Shown here: positions 31,141-42,552 of the stretch, in pieces
Layout of the letters: every line of letters begins with the position of its first letter
Position numbering within the stretch: position 1 is the stretch's first letter
Assembly (NCBI GenBank): GCA_003707115.1
Contig: PPNB01000005.1
Coordinates: 434,001-498,000, forward strand
Direction: 5' to 3'
From: Tortispora ganteri
Taxonomy: Eukaryota
Length of the DNA stretch: 64,000 bases
The notes under the pieces: model-generated
What the model was told of the DNA's origin: nothing
Database searches by the model: none
What the model saw: the letters and a program-made list of their open reading frames with translations, nothing else
Made by a program: the position numbers and the translations under genes

Positions 31141-34100
31141 TTCGCGTTAAGTGACGTAACAATGCCTTCTATCCACTCGTTAACGCCATTGCGAATTAGA
31201 TCTTCTAGTATCTTGTTCTCGACAATTAAATCGTGCTGTAACATCTTTCTTGAAGACTCAGACATGGCGGAATTTGCCGCGCTGATAATCGACATCTCCG
31301 TTATACCTATAGCTTTTGATGCATCCTTGATCGCTAAACTTTCATCCTTTTCGAACAACTGTGTTTCAATGCACAGCTTCATTGTCCGATAAAAAAGTGT
31401 CGATTCAGCAAACTTTTTACGCTCGCTGTCTGTCAAAAGGCTGCTGTCCTGCTTGAGCGTGCTATTCCAGTCGTCCGCAATAATGCATCTTCTCCACGCT
31501 GATCTTATTAATTGATCCTTCACCGCCATTCCACAATCCGCCAAAGAGATCAAGTACAGTGCTTGAAAATATCGATTCATGCTGTGCTCATTTGGTCGCG
31601 TGTCGACAAGCGTAAGCAGCTCGGCGAGCTCGTGCTCAGGAATCCAGATATCTTGAAGCAGCTTCTTCATCCCTTGTTCCAACACCCCTACGAAATAGTT
31701 TTCTTTGCGCTTAGTTATAGTGTCGCCAATGGCTTCTCTCGCTGCATCTGCTTGAACTGTAAGAGGTCGTGTATGGTCTACGGCCCTTTGCACGTCGATT
31801 TGCAAATTGTGCATAGCATCAGATGTCAATAAGTATTCGTCCACTTTGCTCTCTCTAACACCTGCAGCCAAAAACCCAAGTTTCGTAAGCGCTAACTGCA
31901 GTCTGACTTTAGATGCAGCATCTTCTTTTGACTGCGCAAACCTCATAAGCTTGCTACTTCCATCTGCATATTCGCCATGCATTACCTTAAATATCCAGTA
32001 CACTTTGTTCAAGTCACCAGGTAATTCATCAAACGAAGTCAAGTATTTCTCAACATAAGGTAAATAGTTTTTGCAGCACTGCAATATCTGATTGCTTTTC
32101 CCCGAATCGTAGAAATATTGGCATAAGTTCTGTGCAAAATCGTATCCATACTTGTCAAGAAAGCGCACCATGAGTTGCATGTCTCCAGAAGCTAGTCGTA
32201 GCCTATCAGCCAATTCTGCCAGAATAGTGAAGTCCTGATACTCTTCGGCAAGCTCGATCGCTTCTTGCACAACTCCAAGATCGTAAAGAGCCAATAAGCT
32301 CTCTCTTCTGAACTCAGCAAACTTGTCAGTAAAGTCCTCGGCATGAGAGAGATGCTCCTTTCTACTGTCTTCATTAAGCTGTAGCATAAGAGAAAATAGC
32401 CAACCGATTCTTTCAGAGAATGTACGACAAGTGCATCGAACTATTAAAGTAAGAGCAGTCACCAGTTCACTAGTCTTAGCAGTGTTTTCTATTAGAAATA
32501 GCAGTGTTTCATACACTTTAACCAATGCTTCACAAACTGCTATCTGTGAGGTCCATATTCCTTGAAAGTCTGTAGGGGACTCTGGCACATAGTCTCCAAC
32601 ACTTTTAACACCATATAAAGAAACTTGATGTTCTTGTCGAACCAAATAGGCTCCAGAAAGAATAGAAACCACAAATATGTTTGCGATGTCTGTGACTTGA
32701 TCAATAGAGTCAAATGATGGTGTAGATTTCAAAGATTCTGCCAGATCAGAAAGGGCCACGAGGAGTTCTGGTAGTTGATCAATGTTTTTTATAAACCAGT
32801 ACCGAACATCGTTGACAGAGTTGATCCTTGTTATCTTGACCAGTCCTTGGTAAAGTGAAAGATTTGGAATTATGCTTGTAGAGGGCAAGCTTTCCAGTTT
32901 CCTGTCCCAAATTTGCCAGATGAGTAATGCAGCTTCACACATTTCAAGGTCTGTCATTAGTTGAATTCGAGTTGAGACAGAAATATCAGGGAACTGTGCA
33001 GTTACGTAATGGGCAAGTCTGTATAAAGCTGAGCGTCGGAGAGCGAGATGTTCTTCGGTTGAAGGCATTGAATCGGGCATGTACATAGAGGAGCTTGTCA
33101 AAATATCGTGACTTACTTTCAGTACAATAGATTCAAGCGTTTTAATTCCTCCAGTTAAGGCAAGGGCCTGTTGTGAAGCGTAAAATTCGATTGGACTGTC
33201 TTCTACTTCAGTGTAAAAGACTGCTTGCTGGACTTTGCTTGTGAGTGTGTTCACTAAAGAAGATTCGACGGAGGACGGTGCAAAAGAAACATCTGAATCG
33301 TCGTGGAAGAACCTTTCTATACGAACAACACCTGCGTTGACTGCAGAGATAACGACTGCGGCGTTCTGGCCGGGACGAGAGAGTTCTTCTTGCACATACG
33401 GTTCCGAACCTGCAGTCAGGATAGATACGTTGTCGCGGAAAGAGATGTTATCTTCAAACGGGAACTTGTACGGATTCACAGTGAAGTCGACGATCACTAC
33501 GGTAGAAGAGGTAGTGATAAAGACTGTGTTGTGGGGGTACGGTAAGAAAAGGGCCGGACGATTAGCAGAAGTTGCAGAAGTTGACGTGAGGTGGTAAGTT
33601 GAGAGCACTTGTGGGTCTGTAGAGTCTAGCGATACAATGAACAGGAAGTAGTCAGTGTAATCTGGAGACCTCTGGGCAGATGCTAGAAGCATAGCGTGAT
33701 CATTTATGTATTCGGCATCACAGATAATGAGATTTGCGCGGGCGTGCGAGTATATAGCTGCAACTGAGTTTACTAGAAGGTCAGAACAGTTAAACTGAGA
33801 GTGGATAGTAGCTGTGGCGGACCTGTCGCAGGACCATACACCAATATTAGCTTCGGCGGTAGCGTAGAGGAACTTAGCTGCAGTTGCTGAAGAGGAAATA
33901 ATGCGAATAGCGACGATATTCCTAGTAGGTGTGTTCAGTGAGAGTGTAGATTTCAATGAGTTCCAAAAGCCAGCATTGTTTGGATCGTGAGCGCGGAGCT
34001 GATAGACTGACAAGGATGGGTTTCCTGAGTGATCTGTGAGGGAGACTAGGAAGATACGACCTGATGATGTTGCAAGAAGCGCGCCGAGTGGGTGGACGAA

Positions 34101-34532
34101 TTTAAGGTACTGTGGAGATTCGAGACGTGATAGGTTCAATGAAATAGAATGCGCCTGATTGTAGACGAGCAGGCCTTCTGTGGCGGCTGAGCCGACGGAT
34201 TCCCAGTAAGTAGCGCCTTTGGAGGTGAAGGCAAGTGCGCCAGGATCCTTGAACGAAGAGGGCGGGAGAAGTGTACTAAGCACGGGCTGAGAGTCGAAAT
34301 GCGATTCAGGGATATTGAGCGTGTACGTTGCCGGGATGGATTCAGGTTCAGCGTAATTCCATGCATGTATGGATGTCGAGGATGCAAGAAGAGCGAAACG
34401 AGAAGAGGAATCAACGTAGCCGCGGACGTTGGAAGTGGAATCTGCCGAAAGCTGATGAAGTACATGTGGAATAGCTGGTAGTGCAGTTACGGCATATCGT
34501 GAAGATTTTGCCCAAAGAATTGACTCAGACAT
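31137..34532 (-). CDS. NUP133: Nucleoporin Nup133
   Basis: 1131 aa; WAKSSRYAVTALP start, beta-propeller-like N-half, LAEEYQDFTILAEL, AWRRCIIADDW. Confidence 0.88.
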   Translation of the reverse strand: MSESILWAKSSRYAVTALPAIPHVLHQLSADSTSNVRGYVDSSSRFALLASSTSIHAWNYAEPESIPATYTLNIPESHFDSQPVLSTLLPPSSFKDPGALAFTSKGATYWESVGSAATEGLLVYNQAHSISLNLSRLESPQYLKFVHPLGALLATSSGRIFLVSLTDHSGNPSLSVYQLRAHDPNNAGFWNSLKSTLSLNTPTRNIVAIRIISSSATAAKFLYATAEANIGVWSCDRSATATIHSQFNCSDLLVNSVAAIYSHARANLIICDAEYINDHAMLLASAQRSPDYTDYFLFIVSLDSTDPQVLSTYHLTSTSATSANRPALFLPYPHNTVFITTSSTVVIVDFTVNPYKFPFEDNISFRDNVSILTAGSEPYVQEELSRPGQNAAVVISAVNAGVVRIERFFHDDSDVSFAPSSVESSLVNTLTSKVQQAVFYTEVEDSPIEFYASQQALALTGGIKTLESIVLKVSHDILTSSSMYMPDSMPSTEEHLALRRSALYRLAHYVTAQFPDISVSTRIQLMTDLEMCEAALLIWQIWDRKLESLPSTSIIPNLSLYQGLVKITRINSVNDVRYWFIKNIDQLPELLVALSDLAESLKSTPSFDSIDQVTDIANIFVVSILSGAYLVRQEHQVSLYGVKSVGDYVPESPTDFQGIWTSQIAVCEALVKVYETLLFLIENTAKTSELVTALTLIVRCTCRTFSERIGWLFSLMLQLNEDSRKEHLSHAEDFTDKFAEFRRESLLALYDLGVVQEAIELAEEYQDFTILAELADRLRLASGDMQLMVRFLDKYGYDFAQNLCQYFYDSGKSNQILQCCKNYLPYVEKYLTSFDELPGDLNKVYWIFKVMHGEYADGSSKLMRFAQSKEDAASKVRLQLALTKLGFLAAGVRESKVDEYLLTSDAMHNLQIDVQRAVDHTRPLTVQADAAREAIGDTITKRKENYFVGVLEQGMKKLLQDIWIPEHELAELLTLVDTRPNEHSMNRYFQALYLISLADCGMAVKDQLIRSAWRRCIIADDWNSTLKQDSSLLTDSERKKFAESTLFYRTMKLCIETQLFEKDESLAIKDASKAIGITEMSIISAANSAMSESSRKMLQHDLIVENKILEDLIRNGVNEWIEGIVTSLNAN

Positions 34533-34743
34533 AATAGTAAAGAATGAATGTATATCTGTTGGTGGTAAATAGAAAATGTTGCAGTAGTTGGGAACTAAGG
34601 CTGGTCAAACAGCCAAATCGGTGGCGCTACGGTGAAAAATTAGATAAATAAATAATAAAAGGATTTTAAATGCTAGATTCTCAAGAATATAGTCGAATTG
34701 TGCGATTATGTGTGACTAAACGCGAATCGAAGCAGTCACGGTG

Positions 34744-35097
34744 TTAAGCAACAGTTATCCATGCCACCATAACTATAATGGTATAATTGCCGGTATCGGT
34801 GAATTTGAATATCGAGTAATCGTCTGTAGATGGCACCCAGACTGCAGCAAAAGAAGATGATACACCTGGAGTTTCAACGAGCGTGTCTTGAATTACAGTA
34901 GAAGTAACTATGAACTTGTGTTTGACTGCATGTGGATGCAACGAGTCCGCGATCTTTGTTGACAGTTCTTTAGCAGATTCTGTGCATTTTTCATGCTCAT
35001 ATACGGAAACTGTATTAAATATTTCATGATATTTTGTTTTGCATAAAGTCTCGAGAGTGTGCGGCTCTAAAGGACATGAGTATTTGGGCTCAGTCAT
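34744..35097 (-). CDS. TDA2: Tctex-1-family dynein light chain-like protein
   Basis: HKFIVTSTVIQ...GVSSSFAAVWVPSTD...IIVMVAWI. Confidence 0.8.
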   Translation of the reverse strand: MTEPKYSCPLEPHTLETLCKTKYHEIFNTVSVYEHEKCTESAKELSTKIADSLHPHAVKHKFIVTSTVIQDTLVETPGVSSSFAAVWVPSTDDYSIFKFTDTGNYTIIVMVAWITVA

Positions 35098-36005
35098 GGT
35101 AAAGACTAAGTACTAAATCCAATGAGCCAATTGATATTAATTATATATACTATTACCATTCAACAATGGCATATAAAAATTGCAACTTTACATTATTATG
35201 TCTTATAAATTTATACAAGAATTGTTATCTTTTTTGTTGGTACGCCTTACTAGGGGTTGCTGCCAATCCTATATATTCTGCCGCTAAAACAGCTTTGAAG
35301 GCAGACTACAAAGATTCTCTTTTTAAAAGTCAAATTTTGATTCCGTCTTGTTAGTCTACCATGCCCATTTGTCTTTTTTTTTGTTATTAAACGTACATGC
35401 AACCACCTGCCATCCTTTTTTAGGTGTCATAGTACATACAGCATATTAGTTATCTTTAGAAAGAACAGGTTAGCACTTGCGTATATTCGCAAACATATCC
35501 TTTCAGCACCTAACAATTCAAACTTTTTGCAAAATATGTCATATTATTGTTATGTTGTCTGTTAGTAAGTGTTATATTCTTGTTATTTCTTGACTACAAA
35601 CAATTACAACGGATGCATTAGTATCTTTACCATATAGAAACCTTAATCTATTGGCGAACGTCCTTAAACGTCTTTTGAACGTCTTTTGAACGTTTTTCTT
35701 GCTGTTTGGCTTACCACTCACACAACCTGCGTCACTAAACAGCTCTATTGACACTTCTACCAATCTTCTATACCTAGCTAACTTACTGCGCAAATTATAC
35801 ACTATTAGACCCCTGAAAATCGTCTCTTTTATGCCGTACGTCCTTGCCTGAGAAACGCAGAAACTCACAGGGATAAGGCCGGGTAACATATGCAAGGACT
35901 AAGGGTTTTTGACTAACGACACTTTTCTCGTTCTTTACCAATTACACGCGTGGTCTCGAGCAAAACCAGCCAAGAAACACGCGAGAACTTGAACCTGTAG
36001 TGAAA

Positions 36006-36644
36006 ATGCTGTTGAAATTCGTTTTGTTAGCTCTTCTTCCTCTAGTTTCGGCGCTACATTTCTATATGGATGCCGGTGAGGAGAAGTGTTTCTACGAAGA
36101 CCTTGCCAAAGACACGTTCGTCGTCGGCCACTACGCTACTGCGCAAATAGACAAAGAAACCGGTACTCCTTTGGACTCTAGCCACTTAAAGATCGAGATT
36201 ATGGTTTATGAGGTGTTTGATAATGACCATCGTGTTGTCAACCAGAAAGCTGCGAACCAAGGCAAGTTCACCTTCACCACTGCTGAAACGGGAGAACACA
36301 GAATCTGTTTCAGACCACTCGTTCCTACTGGCTGGTTCAACAAAGCCCGCGTAAGAATGTCGCTCGATATTGCAGCTGGTGATACCTCTGAAATAGATAC
36401 TCAGAGAGACGATCAAACTGCAAGCTTAGCCCAACGCGTTCGCCAACTCATTAGAAAAGTTCACGATGTCATTAGGGAACAAGCTTTCCAGAGAACCCGC
36501 GAGGCACAATTCCGTGACGCTTCTGAGAAAATCAATGCCGGCGTACTTCGTTGGTCAATAATGCAAGTAATTGCTTTAGCGGCTGTAGGTGTCTGGCAGA
36601 CTTACACTTTACGCACTTTCTTCGTCAAGCAGAAGCTAGTTTAA
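36006..36644 (+). CDS. ERP1: p24/EMP24-family cargo receptor, alpha subfamily
   Basis: Signal peptide, GOLD domain (LHFY...EEKCFYEDL; GEHRICF), coiled coil, TM, FFVKQKLV tail. Confidence 0.9.
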   Translation: MLLKFVLLALLPLVSALHFYMDAGEEKCFYEDLAKDTFVVGHYATAQIDKETGTPLDSSHLKIEIMVYEVFDNDHRVVNQKAANQGKFTFTTAETGEHRICFRPLVPTGWFNKARVRMSLDIAAGDTSEIDTQRDDQTASLAQRVRQLIRKVHDVIREQAFQRTREAQFRDASEKINAGVLRWSIMQVIALAAVGVWQTYTLRTFFVKQKLV

Positions 36645-37006
36645 ACGTGACAATGCGATATGCGATCGCCTAATAATGAATTGAATTTTTAATTGAATTT
36701 CGAATTTTGACTTGAATTCCAATATCGATTATTCAGCCATTTCTGCAATTCTCATTACCAAAAAGCTGTTCACGCGCATTTAAACCCTCTAGATATCCTC
36801 TTGCTGTCGCAGCACACTGCGACGACTGCCCTGCACTAAAAAACCTCACGCCACTGTATTTTCTACTACTAATACACTGTGCACTGTGAATCATCTTAGC
36901 ATTACAAGCTGATTAAAATAATAATCCATTTTATACTGGTGAAGTAACAATATATTCTCGTTGCTAAGCAACGCGTAACGATAACCACTCTCATTAAACC
37001 ACCGAC

Positions 37007-37031
37007 CCCACGTGCCTAGACCTTATATATA
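37007..37031 (+). promoter_or_regulatory. Pho4-type site and TATA upstream of VTC1
   Basis: CCCACGTGC at 37007-37015 (GCACGTGGG on minus strand), then TATATATA at 37024. Confidence 0.65.
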
Positions 37032-37060
37032 CTCTTTCTCTTTCATATTTGCCATACATT

Positions 37061-37429
37061 ATGTCGTCCGCCCCTCTCCTGCAAGCAGCTCCTGGCAAAA
37101 GGATCGCTTTGCCTGTAAGAGTCGAGCCAAAAGTTTTTTTTGCCAATGAACGTACGTTTCTGTCTTGGCTCAATCTTACAGTGATCATCGGCGGTCTTGC
37201 TGTTGGTTTACTAAACTTTGGCGATAAGGTAGGGCGAATCTCAGCGGCATTATTCACCGTTGTAGCAATGTGTACAATGTTCTATGCTCTTACTACATAC
37301 CATTGGCGTGCTGCAGCAATAAGGAAACGCGGTTCTGGGCCCTATGATGATCGATTCGGTCCCACTATGCTCTGCTTTTTCCTGCTTGCAGCGGTGATCG
37401 TCAATTTCGTCCTTCGCATTCGCTCGTAG
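37061..37429 (+). CDS. VTC1: Vacuolar transporter chaperone Vtc1
   Basis: MSSAPLLQ...[26 protein letters not shown]...GPYDDRFGP. Confidence 0.97.
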   Translation: MSSAPLLQAAPGKRIALPVRVEPKVFFANERTFLSWLNLTVIIGGLAVGLLNFGDKVGRISAALFTVVAMCTMFYALTTYHWRAAAIRKRGSGPYDDRFGPTMLCFFLLAAVIVNFVLRIRS

Positions 37430-37535
37430 CCGACCTCCTGCAGAATAAAATATAATACAAAATAAAAAATAAAAAATAAAAAATAATAATGATATTCCCT
37501 TTCTTATCTATCCATAAATAAAGCAATCCTGCTTA

Positions 37536-38357
37536 TCATAAGTCATCGCCAATGCTGATTGAGATTGTTTCGCCTGGCTTAAAAGGCGGCAAGCCCAAGT
37601 AAGGACACCCATCGCAGCGAAATGCATCGCCTAGCGCACATGATCCACAGCTACCTGATTTTCCAGGCTGCGTGAAATCAATTTCGGCGGTATCATCAAC
37701 CGCTAGCACTACTGCCTGACGCGCTCTAGCCTTTTCTGCGGCCTGCTCTTCTAGCTCTTTCAAGCCGCATGTGCAGTCTTTGCACGGTTTGCGCCGTTTC
37801 CTACCAGTATCCGGACGGCATTTTTCTGGGATTTTGATCGCTGCTAGCAGCTTGCTCTCTTCTATAAGCGATTCTTCATCGATTAGATCGTCCGCAAAAT
37901 CATTCAACCCATCTGCAATCACGATCTTCCTTTCCGCTGCTTTCGCGACGCCAAATTTGTTGGCTTTTGATCCAAGGCTACGTTTCAACGAAACAGCAGC
38001 ACCCCTGCCAGTATCAGACACTGATAAAGACACTTGCGGTTTCTTCCAAACACCGTTGTCTAGCAAAAAACCAGCGGCAATCGCATCGAGCATTTGGTCT
38101 TGCGCGCACCCGTGCAGAGTGCCTCCGTTCCGCAATGATCTGAATATCTTGTCGAAGATATCGCCTGTAATATGAGTGTTGCTTGGCTCTAAAAAAACAC
38201 TTTCGTACATATCCGTAAGTAGTTCAGCTTTGCCTTCCTGCACGCGATCGAGCATCTGGCGGCTCGATCCCGCAGGTTTGCCTTCGAGTGCTGCCTCCAG
38301 GGCCCTTTCGGACTGCGCCAAGCTAGGATGTAACAATATCAACGAACTCACCGTCAT
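37536..38357 (-). CDS. DRE2: Cytosolic Fe-S assembly protein Dre2 (anamorsin)
   Basis: LIDEESL, C...CKDCTCGL and [26 protein letters not shown] motifs; first ATG 38357. Confidence 0.95.
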   Translation of the reverse strand: MTVSSLILLHPSLAQSERALEAALEGKPAGSSRQMLDRVQEGKAELLTDMYESVFLEPSNTHITGDIFDKIFRSLRNGGTLHGCAQDQMLDAIAAGFLLDNGVWKKPQVSLSVSDTGRGAAVSLKRSLGSKANKFGVAKAAERKIVIADGLNDFADDLIDEESLIEESKLLAAIKIPEKCRPDTGRKRRKPCKDCTCGLKELEEQAAEKARARQAVVLAVDDTAEIDFTQPGKSGSCGSCALGDAFRCDGCPYLGLPPFKPGETISISIGDDL

Positions 38358-38720
38358 ATTCGCGTTCAAACAAAGTCGGAACCCGACTTCAGACACTCTA
38401 AATCACCGTAAAACACTTAAAAGCGGACGTGCGATATACAAAAGAAGAAAAAATTAGTCAGAAACAAGGCAACAGAAGTAAGTGGTTAGGTGAGCCAGTT
38501 TTTTTCTTCTTTCCTTAGTAATAACCCTTTACCCTATTGTGTGATTTTTCTCCTCTTTTAGCGTGGGGCCTGGTAACGGTATTTAGAGTTTTCTGGAAAA
38601 CTCTATGACAGCGAAATGTCACGGGACCCGCAGCCTCGTCAGACGACTATATAAATAACTGCGGATCGCTGTTATTTTTCCCGTTGTCCTTTATAATATC
38701 GACAAGAATAGAAAGCAATT

Positions 38721-38744
38721 GAAACCGAAACCGAAACCGAAAAC
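38721..38744. repeat. Short hexamer repeat (GAAACC)3+ in the 5' leader of the STF2-like gene
   Basis: gaaaccgaaaccgaaaccgaaaac directly before ATG 38748. Confidence 0.85.
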
Positions 38745-38747
38745 AGT

Positions 38748-38996
38748 ATGACTCGCTCTGGCTCTTTCAGTAACGAACCTCTTCCTAAGAATTACGGCAA
38801 ATCTTCTGAGTACGTACCTACGGCTGTCAAGAAGAATGGCGCTGGACGCGGAAACTGGGGCCGTCCTGGTGAGGAGTTCGAGGATATAGATTATCCTATC
38901 AGCTACGCGCACCCTAGAAGAAGATCCAATTCTTCTACAGAGAGGCTTGATTTCAAGTCTAAATTTGAGGTTGATGATGTTTTTGACGAAGAATAA
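38748..38996 (+). CDS. STF2: Stf2/Tma10-like small hydrophilic protein
   Basis: MTRS start, VKKNGAGRGNWGRPGEE, RRRSNSS motif; TATATAAATA upstream at 38648. Confidence 0.8.
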   Translation: MTRSGSFSNEPLPKNYGKSSEYVPTAVKKNGAGRGNWGRPGEEFEDIDYPISYAHPRRRSNSSTERLDFKSKFEVDDVFDEE

Positions 38997-39783
38997 TGAT
39001 GCTAGCGTTGGTGAGTTGCGAGCGACCACTTGACGTTTTGCTTATGGAGCTTAGTTAGTTTATCCGTAATCTCGCTTCAGGCAAGCGGTCACTAGGCGAA
39101 GATTGAGTCGTATAGCTTGCTTTAAAAGATCGTTATAAATATGGAAAATATATAATAGGTATGTGAATATTTCATCTGTTTAAGTATGTACTTGTATTAT
39201 GATTCATTGATATCGTGTGACTGCATCGGTAGCGATATGCCTAGATCGGCTGTTTGCCACCCAACTGTACATTTAGCGTGAATCAACGTTTGAATTAAAT
39301 GTGTATATTAATTCTTCTTCTTTTTGACCTGATTCTGCTTGAATTGCGCTGAATTTGTCGATTCTGCTACGCCATAAGCGGCAATAGATCCTCTATCTCG
39401 CCACTTTCACGGCAATATTAGAACTAGACTGGTTTAGCTATCAAACTCTAATTAGAGTTAAACTTCACTAAAATCCGGGGTAATGTAATAAAGGTGGTGC
39501 CTTAAATCTGATTAGGATAAGTCATTTGCATACTATGGGCTAAAACGAGGACGAATAGAAAGGAAAAGACAAACTGGTTTATAATGTGTATAAATGAAAC
39601 AAACAAATCGATGTGCAGATGACAGGGAAGTAAGGTGTAGTGATTAGCAAGAAAGCGTTGTAGATAGTATGAATGGTGTGACTGGAAGGTTATTTGGATA
39701 TCCCCTCACTCAAAGCCAAAAAGAATATTTGTTTAGTGGAGGAATGTTACATTAATCTATGCCGCCCGATCAATGACATACGT

Positions 39784-40854
39784 CTATACGGTCTGCCCTA
39801 GTGCAGCCTCGACTACAGCTTTGGCGTTTTTCCGTTTCTGTCGCTCTTCATACTGCAGACGGTTAGTTCTGACACGGCCAATAATAGTTTTAGTCGACAT
39901 CTCACGGTACTCATGATCGATTTGATTTACCGGACAGTTTAACCGGGTATACCTGTCCTCGGGCTCGACGGGTCGTCCACCGTGGTAGACTTCGTTTGCA
40001 CCGATTTGGGCGAGCATGGCATCTGTCGCGTACAGCGGAACATTTAAAATCACTCGGCTAACATACCTGCACTGCATGACGCATAGTCCGCGTTCGATAA
40101 GGTTCATGACGGGCTCGCAATCAGTGTCACTGAATATGCCTACTATGACACCTTTGTCTGACAGTTGAGCGATCTCGTTGACACGACGCAGGAACTCGAT
40201 CTGGCCAGTGTGGAACAAGTCCCACGAACCATCTACGTATATGCAACCGTTGGTATAAGTGGGCAGATCTCCCTTCACCAAATTGCGCAAATCTAACTGT
40301 GTTTGCGACAGGTTGAGATCAACTTGCACCAGTGGGTTCCGACCATCGGCTGCGCTAGCGTACCGCTCAAACCATGGAACCGCTGACAAGATTGAGTCGA
40401 TGTTCTGTACATAGTGGTCGCGCGATCCATCAAGTAGCCGCTGCACAAGCCCCGTCGTCGATATACCCTCTGTGCGTTTGACGAGCAAAAACCTCTGCAG
40501 CTCCTTTACAACACGGTAAGCATCCTGGCCCGAAGCATCGGTTGTAATATCGTCGCCATGTACGGCATAGTAGCAGCCATATTTGTCCATCCAAGCCGGA
40601 TCTGTCACATATGGAGCATTAGGAACGGCCTCTGTGACCCATCGGCATGCTTCAACGGCCTTCATACGCTCATCTAGACGCATTACAACAGGACCTTTGT
40701 TCAAGGCAATATCTTCATCCGAGTGGACCCCTGCGACCAGCGCCTTGCCAAGTTGTCGTGCCTGTAGCAAAGCTCCTGCATGGCCATGATGTGTAAAATC
40801 AAAGCACCCGTCCACCCATATCCGGTCGGTACCTTTTGGAACTGGTTCAGGCAT
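39784..40854 (-). CDS. ECT1: Ethanolamine-phosphate cytidylyltransferase
   Basis: WVDGCFDFTHHGH, KRTEGISTT, second CTase repeat YVDGSWDLFH, YEERQKRK. Confidence 0.95.
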   Translation of the reverse strand: MPEPVPKGTDRIWVDGCFDFTHHGHAGALLQARQLGKALVAGVHSDEDIALNKGPVVMRLDERMKAVEACRWVTEAVPNAPYVTDPAWMDKYGCYYAVHGDDITTDASGQDAYRVVKELQRFLLVKRTEGISTTGLVQRLLDGSRDHYVQNIDSILSAVPWFERYASAADGRNPLVQVDLNLSQTQLDLRNLVKGDLPTYTNGCIYVDGSWDLFHTGQIEFLRRVNEIAQLSDKGVIVGIFSDTDCEPVMNLIERGLCVMQCRYVSRVILNVPLYATDAMLAQIGANEVYHGGRPVEPEDRYTRLNCPVNQIDHEYREMSTKTIIGRVRTNRLQYEERQKRKNAKAVVEAALGQTV

Positions 40855-41122
40855 TTTTCTTTGATATCAATGGAGGAAAGTAAGATGGTTATATGGTCTC
40901 CTCGGGCATGTGCGGCTGAGTATCACAACCAGCCAATAGGAGATGAATAAACCTACAATTACTTAAAAGTTGGTTATTGTATATATTGTAATATTATATA
41001 TTACTATATTATGATTTTTTTTAAAAAAAAATAGTTGATATACATTATACATGTATTCATTTTCGCATAACTTCTACAGCTGAACTTGTTGGTCCATGTC
41101 TGTTTCTCTCTTATTTCGTTGT

Positions 41123-42277
41123 TCAGCTCAAAAACGACGCAGCGCCCGCGAATTCCACAGACATACTAGCGCCAATCACCTCCAACTCTGGCCGATCCGC
41201 AAACTCCTTGCCTGCCAATTGCCGCCCGACGCGTCCGGGTCCAATCGCGCAGAACCGCGTCACACCGTGCTGCACAAGGTAGTCCATAGAACCTTTCCAG
41301 TCGACAGGTTCGGTCGACGAAGCAGCAAGCGCGTACCGCACCTGATTGAGATGCTCAAACGGTAATGCAGTCATGTTCGCAATGACTTTTGTGTGCACGG
41401 GTGGCGGCCACCGTAATAGTACCTGCCTGTCAATAGGTAGCGGTGGGTCTAGATGGAACGCCACCGATTCCTGGTCTTCGAGCCCCAGAATATCCGCCAG
41501 GTGGCGTCGCGCAGGCATCATAATCTCAGAATGAAACGGTGCAGACACATTTAGCCGCACAGCACGTGGGTCGTGACCGCTCCACCGTCGCAGACTCTGC
41601 AGCACGCTTTGTATAGCAGCCTCGCTGCCCGACAGCACCACTTGCGTGCTCGAGTTAATATTAGCGACTTGCGCAATATTCTTCGTACCCCTTGTCGCAG
41701 CACAAAACGATTCTAACTGCTCCAACACGTCCGTAAACCGCTCTTTTTCCATTACCACCGCGTACATTCCTAGTTTCCCGCCCCACTGGTCTGCTGCTAG
41801 CTGCATCGCCTTCCCGCGTTGACGCACCAGCCACACTGCTGTCCACGGCTCTATCACGCCCGCAAGTGCCAGCGCAGTAAACTCTCCGAGCGAATGACCC
41901 ATCACATAGTCTACCTTGTTCACGTCTACCCCATATTCTTTCTCTAGGATCCGCATGATGATCAGACTCGTCGCCAGGATTGCCGGCTGTGCAAATTCTG
42001 TCTGTGCCAGCTCACTGCCCGGTGTATTCATGTCTAAAAGATATCTATCACTGAAAGCATCGCCCATCAGAGCATCGATCTCCCCGACCATTTCCCCGAC
42101 AATTCGCGGATACTGCTTCATCATTTTCGACACCATTCCTGGCCGTTGTACACCCTGGCCTGCCCACTGTTAGTGTCATGAAATTTCAACAATTTTATTT
42201 TTGTTAATTTACTTACCGGGCAAAAATATTGCCTTCTTAATTGCCCTGCCGCTCCTTAAAAACGACGTCGTCCGCAT
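41123..42277 (-). CDS. MCT1: Mitochondrial malonyl-CoA:ACP transacylase; exons 42277-42217 and 42159-41123
   Basis: Spliced N-terminus MRTTSFLRSGRAIKKAIFLPGQGVQRPGM; AQPAIL, GHSLGE, VSAPFHS. Confidence 0.92.
42160..42216 (-). other. Spliceosomal intron of MCT1 (57 nt)
   Basis: GTAAGT donor, CACTAAC branch point, CAG acceptor; restores the conserved PGQG motif. Confidence 0.9.
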
Positions 42278-42552
42278 TGTAGTGTTCGTGGAGTCTACCC
42301 CAGAGTGGTTGGTAAAAAACCTTAAAAGCCGAGAACCATTATATATACCCGAAGACGCTATTCTATAGCAGCTGCTGCTTCATGATGGAAATCTTTTGTC
42401 GGTATTAATAAGATAAGGTCGCATCTCATAGCGATATCCTAGTCATAAACGTCTTCTCTGCTCATTTCAGTCTTCCTGAAACTTGACTCTTTTGATTCCA
42501 TCCAAATTCGGCAATTCGCGCGAAATGAAGAAGGACCCTTGACGTGCGCCAA

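Noticed and set aside
35572..35895. 107-aa minus-strand ORF with nearby splice-like signals, and ORF 11207-11554
   Set aside because: AT-rich intergenic composition, no recognisable protein, no coherent spliced model
39444..39459. Perfect 16-bp palindrome AACTCTAATTAGAGTT
   Set aside because: About one such palindrome is expected by chance in 64 kb
40190..40245. Degenerate HxGH (HTGQ) in the second ECT1 domain
   Set aside because: The second cytidylyltransferase repeat is often degenerate in yeast Ect1
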